Assembly (NCBI RefSeq): GCF_006345805.1
Contig: NC_042997.1
Coordinates: 104,842,001-104,906,000, forward strand
DNA: 64,000 bases
Origin: Octopus sinensis
Lineage: Eukaryota
Reading direction: 5' to 3'
The notes under the pieces are model-generated. The model did not search any database. It saw only the letters and a list, made by a program, of their open reading frames with translations, and was not told the origin of the DNA. Position 1 is the first letter of the stretch. Each line of letters begins with the position of its first letter. Of this stretch, positions 53,242 through 64,000 are shown piece after piece. The translations under genes and the position numbers were made by a program.

Positions 53242-54016
53242 CAGGGGTTGGTCAAAATAATGGAAACACCTTAAAATTTTAAACAAATTTCTTTTAATAT
53301 GGGGTAGGACCGCCATTGGTAGTAATTACAGCTTGAATTCTACAAGGTATCGACTCGTGCGAAGTTTGAATTGTTTCCAAAGGAAGTTTTTGCTATTCTT
53401 CGGCTAAAACAGTCTCCAGTCCTTGTAGTGATGATGGTGGAGGATATCGACTACTTGTTTTTCTAAAATGCACCATAAATGTTCAATAATATTGCAGGCC
53501 TCCTGCGAAATCTGGCTTTGTCCAACTCCTGGCGAATAGTTTTGTGAAAACTGGGTTGTCGAGGTGGTCATTAAGCTCTGCAGTAATTTTTGGAGCTATA
53601 CTTTTGTGATCCTTTCTAACAATTCGCGTAAGAGTCCTATTTGAAAGTTTTGGTTTTCTTCCGGAGTTTTGATTCGACAAGGCGGTTTTACCCTCCTTCT
53701 TAAAGGCTGTCATTATTTTCGAGACAGTACTTCTTAATACAGAAAACGTTTTCGCAGTTTCATTACGTTAACACCTGCCATACGAGCACGACAATTTGAC
53801 CTCTTTGAAAGTCCGATAGATCTGTCATTTTAATGAATTTTAATTTCCTTTTACTGATGATATCTGGAAAGAAACAGCAATTTAGCAAAGCGTATTAAGC
53901 AACACTAATAATAAATCACAACACATAAAAATTAACAAGCTCTTGACGGTTTTATAGATATTTCAAAATCATGATGCTATGATGCTAGGTGTTTCCTTCA
54001 TTTTGTCAAACCCCTA
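53242..54016 (-). mobile_element. Internally deleted Tc1-like element, 775 bp, both TIRs and TA TSD
   Basis: CAGGGGTTGGTCAAAATAATGGAAACACC and GGTGTTTCCTTCATTTTGTCAAACCCCT(A). N-terminal HTH joined at ~53491 to C-terminal IEHLW...IQAVITTNGGPTPY*; most of the DDE core is missing. Confidence 0.92.
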
Positions 54017-54185
54017 TATATATATATAAAAGTAAATAAATGGTACAACGAAGTACCGATATTTACTGGAAAATAGCGATCGTAACAAATACGACGCTAT
54101 TGTATAGCTTCACTGCGTATATACTAGTAAAGAGGTGTGTGCAACAAACATGAAAATAAAATAGTCTTACCTCTATCTCTCTCTC

Positions 54186-54249
<64 letters not shown>

Positions 54250-54979
54250 TGTGTTTGTCCCTGCACCATCGCTTGACAACCTATGTTGGTGTGTCTTCGT
54301 TCCCGTAACTTAACGGTTTCGCAAAAGAGATCTATAAAATAAGTACTAGGTTTACAAAGGATAAGGTCTGGGATCGATTACTTCATCTATAGGCGGTACC
54401 CCAGTATGGCCGCAGTCAAATGACTGAAACAAATAAAAGAGTAAAAGAGTAAGACAATCAAGACACCTTCCTTCTGACGCAGAGAAATAGTGTTTATCAA
54501 AATGAGATAAGATATATTTTGTACAAAAACTGAACCCTTGAAACTAAAGGAAAACTCTAGTTCACTGTGGTTGCGCAGTTTTCAGTGGTAATCGCCTTCT
54601 TGAACTGAGATGAACTCGCATAATTAACTGTAGTAACATCGATTACAGTGACAATGATATGATGGAAGCCATCTGACTATATTGTATTTTGACAAGTCTG
54701 AAATCCTGTAAATAATCATGTCTCTCCCTCGCTATTACTCTCTCTTCCTCTGTGTTCTCCCTCTCACTTAGCATATGCACCGCGAACTCAATGAATTGTG
54801 TATATGGACACATACACTCACATACAGAAATACATACATACATACATGCATACATACATACATACATACATACATACATACATACATACATACATACATA
54901 CATGCATACATACATACATACATATATACATACATACATACATACATACATACATACATACATACATGCATACATACAT

Positions 54980-55376
54980 GGTGGCTGCCCCCTCGTTATC
55001 GAGTATGGCCATTGCACGAAGCTTAATCAATGTTGTTATCGTGCAATGCCTGTGCAAGAAGAATTTTTTAAAGTGAAGAAAGGCTGTGCACTGAGTCAAT
55101 CCCACTCACTAAGCAACAGCAGCCATAATCCGAAAAGAAGAACAAGTCAACATCATCGGTAACCACTGAGCCGCAGGCTTATGTCGGAGTTATCCCAGTT
55201 ACCTGAGTTATCTCCTCCTAGAAGGATGCCCTAACAAAGGCTAGGAGTCTTTCACTCCCAATGGTTTAACCGCGCGATCGGGTATTCAGTCCGATTATTT
55301 CTATGTCCCCGCGCATGATATAGCCTTAAGACATTTATTGGATGGCCGTTGACTCTCAAGAGTTCCTCCGCCCTTC
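54980..55376 (-). mobile_element. Non-coding RTE-like retroposon with (ATGT)n tail
   Basis: About 400 bp complex insert between two (TACA)n tracts. GGGCATCCTTCTAGGAGGAGATAACTC (55205-55231, minus) resembles, from memory, the RTE 5' UTR block GGCA.CCAGTCTAGGAGAAGGA.AACTC. Confidence 0.4.
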
Positions 55377-55388
55377 TATATACATACA

Positions 55389-55424
<36 letters not shown>

Positions 55425-55429
55425 TATAT

Positions 55430-55756
55430 GTGTGTGGACGTACGGAACGGAGACACCCTTCGGTTACGAATGACCATAGTATTGCACCTAGAAAGTTACC
55501 CTCCGAGGCACAAGTACGGGCAAAGGTTGTTTATGGAAGACCAGCAGTCGCCCATGCATAACGGCCACCCCTCTCCACGACACAAATGTTATCCGAGGGA
55601 AAGGCAAAGACCGATACAGCTTGGCACCAGTGACGTCGCAACACTTTTCTACAACTGAGTGAGCTGGAGCAACGTGAAATAAAGTGTCTTGCTGAAGAAC
55701 ACAACACGCAGCCCGTCCGGAATTCGAACTCACAACTTCTAGGTCGTAAGCTCAAC
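55430..55756 (-). mobile_element. tRNA-derived SINE, family D body with a third tail type; head abuts a plus-strand family A SINE (55757-55885)
   Basis: GAGTTCGAATTCC B-box, TGTGTTCTTCAGCAAGACACTTTATTTCACGTTGCTCCAG body; tail differs from 46336-46595. Confidence 0.75.
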
Positions 55757-55886
55757 GCTGGCAGAATTGTTAGCATGCCGAGCGAAATGCCTAGCGGTAT
55801 TCCGTCTGCCGTTACGTTCTGAGTTTCATCTTTCGGGGTCGTTTAAATAAATACCAGTTACGCGCCAGGGTCGATGTAATAGACTT

Positions 55887-55919
<33 letters not shown>

Positions 55920-55925
55920 GCATAA

Positions 55926-56098
55926 TAGAATTTACAGAAAAACAAAAGATGAAGACAGGTGTATATGCAACTTGCAGGTGTATTAGTTTGACGCTCGTGA
56001 AGCTAAAAATGGTTTTTACGTTTCGAGCTTACGCTCTTCAACAGAAAGGAACACGATGAAATAAACACTAGAGAATAAAAACTTTTGTAGTTAGCGGT
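55926..56098 (-). mobile_element. Solo pLTR-like element between (TA)n and (CA)n with hammerhead motif (56012-56048)
   Basis: CUUU-CUGUUGA-A-GAGC-GUAA-GCUC-GAA-ACGU-A-AAA; flanks match the pLTR family. Confidence 0.75.
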
Positions 56099-56198
56099 CA
56101 CTCACACACACACACGCACACACACACAACACACACACACACACACCACAACACACACACACACACACACACACACAAACCACACACACACACACACA

Positions 56199-56247
<49 letters not shown>

Positions 56248-56513
56248 ATATATATATATATAATATCATATATACGCCAGGCTTCTTGCAATTTCCGTCT
56301 ACAATCCCACTCACGGCATTGGTCGGCCCGAGGCTATAGTAGAAGACACTTGCCCATAGAGATAGATATTCAGCATACATATATGTTTATGTATGTTATA
56401 TATATATATATAGATATATTAATATATATTATATATATACACATATATATATATGTATATATATGCATATATATATATATATATGTAATATATATATTAT
56501 ATATATGGATGTA

Positions 56514-56571
<58 letters not shown>

Positions 56572-56585
56572 ATATATATATGTGG

Positions 56586-56617
<32 letters not shown>

Positions 56618-56635
56618 TATATACATACAACACAA

Positions 56636-56667
<32 letters not shown>

Positions 56668-56677
56668 ACACAACATA

Positions 56678-56716
<39 letters not shown>

Positions 56717-57113
56717 CCACATATTTGCATGCTGAATATCAATCTATGTGTCTGTGTGTAATGTATATGACTGCGCTTTTACAAGCGACAAGGCATGGTT
56801 GTTGGAAAGCCGGATAATGCAACTTACGGTATGCCAATCTGGCTATTTGCTTGATGTGTTCAAATTTAGCCTATTTTATCCCCATCACCATTCCTACAAC
56901 GAAGGCCTGATGTTTTGGGTAAAGTAAATCTTCAAAACTTAACCAACAGTAAATGGACTTTTTCGGTCGGAGTCAAAAGTGGAGTCTCTTCTGCAGAAAT
57001 GACATGTAACTTGTTAACATTAAAAACACCCGAGCACACACACACTCTCCTTCGCCACAAACACACACATGTATATTTTTCAGATTTATTTATCAGTTTC
57101 AGCTCAAAGCTAT

Positions 57114-57187
<74 letters not shown>

Positions 57188-57213
57188 TACTCTTAAACCA
57201 TCTACCCGATACA

Positions 57214-57440
57214 TTTTTATTACCCACAAGGGGCTAACTATAGAAGGGACAAACAAGGATAGACAAAGGGATTGAGTCGATTGCATCGACCCCAGTGCGA
57301 AACTGTTAATTTATTTATCGCCCCCGAAATGATGAAAGGCAAAATCGACCTCGGCGGAATTTGAACTCAGAACGTAACGGCAGACGAAATACCGCTAAGC
57401 ATTTCGCCCGGCGCGCTAACGTTTCTGCCAGCTCGCCGCC
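57214..57440 (-). mobile_element. Full-length SINE family A with 14-bp TSD (1 mismatch)
   Basis: CCATCTACCCGATA at 57198-57211; CCATCCACCCGATA at 57443-57456. Confidence 0.92.
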
Positions 57441-58483
57441 TTCCATCCACCCGATATATGTTTATATATTTGGTGTATATTTGTGTGCGTATGTCAGTGT
57501 GTTTATGTGTTTGTGTAGTGTGTGTGTATGTGTGTGTGTGTGTTTAATGTGTGTGAAAGAGAGAATATGCATATGTTTATGTGTGTGTGAGTGTGCGGCT
57601 AAAATTTTGGCACATCGGAAAATAAAGTAAAATGAATATAACAGATCTTTGTGTTCCTACAATGATAAAATGATTCTTCGACGATGTAATTGCTTCAGCT
57701 TCAATAGATACCTCAGGTAAAAATCAGTTGCCAGACAAGTGTGTGTGTATATATGTGTGTGTGTTTGTGTGTATAACCATGTGAGTCTACCTGTGTGTGC
57801 GTGCCTGTATGTGTGTGCGTGCCCGTATGTGTGTGCGTGCCCGTATGTGTGTGTGCGTGCTCGTATGTGTGTGCGTACATAAGTACGTTCGCGGGTAGAT
57901 AGTTACGCAGGTACGAATTCAATTATCTGTCGCGCTTATCTCTCCCCTTCTCATCCCATCACCTTTTCCTTCCCTCTTACATCTCTCTGTCTTCCTCTCT
58001 CTCACTCTCACCACACACACATACACATACACACACATACACACATACACACTCACACAGACACGTACTCATACAGAACCACACACGAGGACACACGGAC
58101 ATAAACATACAACACCGACACACACGGAGTAATACAAATTCGTCACGGTCCACGCTCTTATTTATGTAATTATTCATTCAATCATCTATTTCTGATGTAC
58201 CACGAATATATATACCAATTTCTCACGGATCAACGGACATGATTCCAACTCATGTAACATCTAAAGAAAATCTATGTATATATTATAGATTTACAGCTAT
58301 CGGAAATTCCATATTGTTCTGTGTTAATACAGAAATTGAATGGAATATAAAAAGCTTTCAGTGATGATATACAAATCAGATTTAGGTACTCAACTTCCTG
58401 AGTCAAATTCCATCCTAAATGTGACACCATAGAAAATTGTTTATGTTATCCTGCTTATATCGTACATTATATCACATATAGGT

Positions 58484-58535
<52 letters not shown>

Positions 58536-58946
58536 ACAAACACACACGGCGATAGCCATATGTGCATAATGTTAATGATCATATGTTGTACGTGTGTATG
58601 AATGTGTACGTATGTATTTCTACACACTCGTTCACACGTATATTCGCATATAAATATATATATATATATACATAGAGAGAGAGAGAGATCATTATATTAC
58701 AAGTATGTTATAATGTTATATACATACGTACATATACATATATGTGCATGTGTGTATGTATGTATATATAAACACAATATTTTGTGAATATGTATGTGTG
58801 AGTGTGTTTTAAATTATTGAAAGCAAATTTTGCATATGTAAATGCGTAAGTAAATGTTAACACAGCTGTAAAGGAACACACACACATACACACACTCAGC
58901 GCACATTGTAAGTATGCACATGAGTGCATATATGTGCGCTTGTATG

Positions 58947-58979
<33 letters not shown>

Positions 58980-59051
58980 CTATGTATATATAGTGTGTGT
59001 ATATACATATATAAATACTTATATATATATGTATATATATTATATATTATG

Positions 59052-59111
<60 letters not shown>

Positions 59112-59126
59112 ATGTATATATATATA

Positions 59127-59176
<50 letters not shown>

Positions 59177-59599
59177 GTGTGTGTGTGTGTGTATAATACA
59201 TATGCCTCATGCATTTTACATATATGGAAACCTGTGAGTTTCTCTGTATTTATTGCTTTCAGTATATCTTTCCGACATCAGATGTACACCTGTATTGTTG
59301 TAAATATATTGAATATTCATACAACTCTTTTATATATTATATTTCATATTCTATATATTTTACAAATTTATAGTTTGTACTTCAAGTGAAAGGATAAAAC
59401 ATTAACAATTTGTGAACGTTAAGTATCAAATTTTATACGCTACTATATAAAGGAGAAAAGTAGGTTGCATGTATTTAAAGAGTAACTTTTCATTGCCGAG
59501 GTTCTCGTTGTTAATTGCTGTTGTTAAAACTGTTGCTTTTGGCTCGTCTTTGCAATGGCTTCTGCTTTTTGTGTTTCTTATTTTTGTTGTCACTGCTTT

Positions 59600-59778
59600 C
59601 TCCCCTTCCTCCTCCTCCTCCTCCTCCTCCTCCTCTTTCATCGCTTCCACCACCACCTACTCTTCCCGTCATCTCTTCTTCTTCTTCTTCTTCTTCTTCT
59701 TCTTCTTCTTCTTCTTCTTCTTCTTCTTCTTCTTCTTCTTCTTCTTCTTCTTCTTTCTTCTTCTTCTTCGTCTTCTTC
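59600..59778. repeat. (CCT)n and (CTT)n polypyrimidine tract
   Basis: Read directly from sequence. Confidence 0.95.
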
Positions 59779-60320
59779 AGATCGGCAACTCGAGGGCTAA
59801 CGTCGATGAATCAAGACTCTGGTTAAATCGATTGGTTCAGGTTCGGCCTACATCAGAGATTTGAAAACTAGGGCAATGTCAAGAACAACGTAAGCATGTC
59901 AAACAGAAATTGACCTAGAGAAAGCTGTCTCTCAAAAAGTCGAGCAGAGGTGGAAAATGCTTTCACATCCTTTTCAATATACCATCGCCCAGCTGCTACG
60001 CCTTGGCGCGGGCGGTATTTTTTATTTCGTTTCTTTTAGAAGTGGTGTGTTCCGCTATTCAAAAAAAATAGATAAAATAAAATAAAACTGTAAATTCAAA
60101 TGAGCTCAGAATTCAAGATACTGTAGTTAATGGTGTGTGCAGGCATGCATTAAGGCTGCCACATCTGCAAAGTGTCTTGACCTAGACTGTAAGCAGGTGT
60201 GCTCGTTTTCTACAATTCGTCTCATTCACTGAGCTATACTCCTAGGTCAAGGTTAGATAAAGAATGGGCCTCTGCTATCTTGATATGTTCTCAGCAGCTC
60301 ACAGTCGTTTACTAATCGAG

Positions 60321-60376
60321 AAATATTCACCTCTAAATATTCACCTGTAAATATTCACCTCTAAATATTCACCTGT
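60321..60376. repeat. 14-bp tandem repeat x4 (AAATATTCACCT[C/G]T, alternating)
   Basis: Units start at 60321, 60335, 60349 and 60363. Confidence 0.95.
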
Positions 60377-61553
60377 GGAGACTATATGTAATTTATGCGT
60401 CCCAAATGTTGGTAAAAGGCCAACAAATTCGGAGGAGGGGCAAATCGATTATATCGACCCCAGTGTTCCACTGGTACTTATTTTATCGACCAGTGCTCCA
60501 CTGCTTCTTATTTTAGTAACTGAAATCGACCTCGAGGGAATTTGAACTCAGAACGTATTGGTGGACGAAATGTCGCTAAGCATTTTACCCGGTATGATCA
60601 CGTTTCTGCCAGCTCGCTGCCTTACTTTAGGTATTTGGTTAAGAAGGATTTTGCTTTTATTGGTCAAAGTCTGCTGTGTATGATGACTTCCTTGATAGGC
60701 ACGGAGTCGATGTTCTGCTTCACACAGACACACACACAAACTCACACACTCATATTTCACACACACACATACCTCGCATACGTTACACATCATCCCACAC
60801 AAGTTAAGTCTACAAGAGATCATTGTGGGATATGAGCTTAGAACGCAAAGATCTCGCTCAAATACAGCAAGACACTTCGTCCAATGTACTTGCATTTTTG
60901 CTAGTTCATACTCTGTATATTTATTCTTTCTTTATCGATCATCCTAGGATGAAAGGCAAGGTTCATTTCGGTCTTAGCATAGTTAATTTAGGGAGAAAAA
61001 AAAACTGTTTTTGAAATCTACTACCTACAATAGTTTTTTTTCTGATTTAGGCACAAGGCTAGTAAATTTGAGGGGTGGGCAGCAAATCGATTGCATTGGC
61101 CCCGAAATGATAAAAGGCAAGGTTAACCTCAGTAGAATTTTCAGGGTCAGAACTTAAAAAGCTGGACGAAATGCATTAAACATTTTGTCCGATGCGCTAG
61201 CGATTCTGCCAGCTCACTATACAGACATTGAGAACCATTTTTCAATAATATTCTTTACTTGTTTCAGTCCTTAGGCCGCTGCCATGCTGGGGGGGGGGGG
61301 ACACCACCTTCAAGAATTTTTAGTCGAATAGATTGAACTCAATATTTACCTCTTTCTAAGACTGGTGCTTATTGTATCTTACCTTTCCGCCGAGCAGCAT
61401 GGTTGTGCGGTCGTAAACAAACCTACATCTAATGCAAAGCGATTGTGGGACACAAACACACGCCGAAGATGCACAGATGGACACACGCATACACACGCAT
61501 ACACACATACACACACACATACAAACACACACACACACTCACACACACTTACA

Positions 61554-61841
61554 AAAATTGAAGAAATTGGAGTCAACAAGTAGTAGGGCTGGATAGTTAT
61601 TTTTTAATCGCTACAATTGTTTCAAGGAGGGGATAGCCTTGAAATCGACGATTTTCAACTAACGGAGACTGCACACAAATATCGCCTGAGGAAACACAAT
61701 AGTATCTCATTATGCAAGCAAACAGCTGTATAATCAAATGCCTGTATTCCTGGAGAACTACGTTGCGTCGAAACAATTGTAGCGATTAAAAAATAACTGC
61801 CCGGCCGTACTTCTTCTTGTGACTATGATTTCTTCAATTTT
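61554..61841. repeat. Inverted repeat, ~70-bp arms with a perfect 29-bp inner core, 146-bp spacer
   Basis: AGTTATTTTTTAATCGCTACAATTGTTTC (61595-61623) is the exact reverse complement of 61770-61798; outer AAAATTGAAGAAAT also matches. Confidence 0.9.
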
Positions 61842-61999
61842 AAATCCACACAGAACGAATGCCCAAGCTTAAATTTGGAAGTATACAACAATATTACCGG
61901 ATAGTACGGGGCAATTCTGAAGGTGGATGAGCTTTATACTGTACTTTACCACGTTTCTAACGAAATATACCATAACTATATATGATGATCGTGTTTCAG

Positions 62000-62165
62000 T
62001 TTCCAACTATCCACTCACAACGCTTTGGTCGTTCCGAGGTTATAGTAGAAGACACTTGCTTAAGATGCCACGCAGTGGGAATGAACCTGGAATCATGTGG
62101 TTAGGTTCACATGTGGCTAGGTTCACATGTGGCTAGGTTCTCACCACACAGCCATGCCAACGCCT
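62000..62165 (-). mobile_element. SINE family B 5' part with a 16-bp triplication in the head (62095-62142)
   Basis: ATGTGG(T/C)TAGGTTC(A/T)C x3 within the tRNA-like head. Confidence 0.8.
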
Positions 62166-63189
62166 AATGTAATTCAGATACTTTTTTTTCGAAACTCTTG
62201 GCACCGGCTGCCATGAATATGACAAACAACAGTTATAAAAGAATACATCACTCAGTTTATTACGTGCGTGTCATAGAACCATTTCTATTTATACTCACCG
62301 CTCCACTGTTTTATGTTTAATAATGGGATTTTTTGTCTTTTTTTGAGAATCTCAGTCAAAGGTATTTCCCATGTCAGTATTGACATTACTGAATTATACA
62401 CCTGTGCTCTTTACTTGCCCCATTTTTAGAGCCTTTGCTAATTACCTCTTTGCATTTAATGGACGCTTGTGTAGGTGTAATGTTTGTTTTACGGTGATAC
62501 GGAACTGGGTTTAGTAGGTTAGTGAAAATATGCATGTGTGTATTTATGTCTTTATGTACCTATGAATGCGTCTATTCATATACTTACATATCTGTGAATC
62601 TATCACTCTAAATATATGCATGTATAAATCGAAACAAGATTATTGCAACAATGAGTGCAACACCCTAACCACTAATCACACGTCTCACACACCCACACGC
62701 ACATATTCACACACACACAGAGAAACAAACACATAACCCCCCCCCCACACACACACAAACGCATGAACATCGCATTCCACTCTATCTTTCTCTTATTATA
62801 TATATATATATGTAGCTTCATTAAGACTTATATATGCATATATTGAAAATAAATATATACATAGATATACATACACACACACACACACACATATATTACT
62901 ATTAGAACTAAATAACAATCTATATAATCAACTTAGTGGGGACATGCTTTAAGAATGCCATAAACCTTTCGTATTCATCCTAAGAAAGTATATCCCATAG
63001 ACGTATACCAGGGAATATCAGCAGCAGAAAAAAGAGAGTCCAGTACCGGCGTGATTTCAACGCCTTTGCTCTTCGTTAGAAGCTATCCATTATTATCGTC
63101 TCTAGCCAAATCTCGTCCCTACTGAAATGTAGAATAACAGTGACTAATTTTCCACGTATCACAAATAGTTAGTGGGTTATATATACTGT

Positions 63190-63330
63190 TGTGTCTGGGG
63201 AGAGTCATTTTCTTTTTTTTGCCTTATAATGCAACACACTCACCGGTAAAATTTCCACTCTTTTCTTATTTTTATTTTCCTAAAATTTTCGTTGCGTCTT
63301 GCAACCTTTTCAATAGTTTTGACTCTGTCC
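63190..63330 (-). mobile_element. Solo PLE-terminal-like element of a different family with hammerhead-like motif (63280-63316)
   Basis: CUA-UUGAAAA-G-GUUGC-AAGAC-GCAAC-GAA-AAUU-U-UAG; next to TA and TG-rich simple sequence. Confidence 0.5.
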
Positions 63331-63599
63331 GTTATTTACACTGTGTTCCCTTTTGTTTGTTTGTGCGCATGTGTGGGGGTCAGTGTGTGTGTGTGTGTGC
63401 CTATGCATGCATGTACGTATGTATATATGTGTGTGTATGCATATGTATGTATGTGTGTGCATCTGTATGTACGTATCCTGCATATTTATGTGCTTGCATG
63501 TCCGTCTTTGTGTGTTTTCTATGTATGTGTGTGTGTGAGCATGTGTTTGTATATGTATGCACCTCTGTCTCCTTGTGTGTACGTCTTTGTGTGTGTGTG

Positions 63600-63631
<32 letters not shown>

Positions 63632-63920
63632 CGTTATGCAACTATGTACCATGCTTATATGTATGGATGTGCATCTTTATATGTGTGGATCCGTGTCTCC
63701 ATATGTGTCTGTTCTTATAGCCTATATACCTATCTGTCTATATGTCGATCTGTTTATTTTCATATCATATGCTTACATACAGAAATAAAAGTGCATAAAC
63801 ACACTCACACCCACACACACATACATACATTTTTCTACCTAACAGTCCACTAACTGTTCTACTCCACCTGTGTAAACTGTGGGTATGGAGGGTTATATAT
63901 ATGTATATATACATAAATAT

Positions 63921-63959
<39 letters not shown>

Positions 63960-64000
63960 AGAGAATCAAATATCCTTATTGAGTCATAGCTAATATTTTT

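Noticed and set aside
57792-57870. 18-bp tandem repeat x4, and short duplications at 33071-33120, 41360-41415 and 46282-46321
   Set aside because: Ordinary slippage products with no additional structure.

Overview
AT-rich, very microsatellite-dense eukaryotic DNA, almost certainly intronic or intergenic animal sequence. The SINE families look to me like those of Octopus, but that is recall, not a search result. I could not identify any intact host protein-coding gene; nearly all ORFs in the track are microsatellite translations or transposon remnants. Repeats present: many tRNA-derived SINEs of at least 3-4 head/body/tail combinations (several with clear 14-15 bp TSDs); Tc1/mariner and pogo-like DNA transposons and MITEs; fragments of restriction-like-endonuclease (R4/Dong-type) LINEs; two fold-back elements. 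The most notable feature is a young Penelope-like element at 49207-51813. It has a nearly intact RT but no GIY-YIG endonuclease, sits between ~570 bp direct pseudo-LTRs that each carry a minimal hammerhead-ribozyme motif, and is inserted in the (TA)n tract of a SINE. At least six further short hammerhead-bearing or related solo elements lie next to microsatellites elsewhere in the window. There is also a local duplication/inversion scar at 18.4-21.5 kb and some weak candidate exons.
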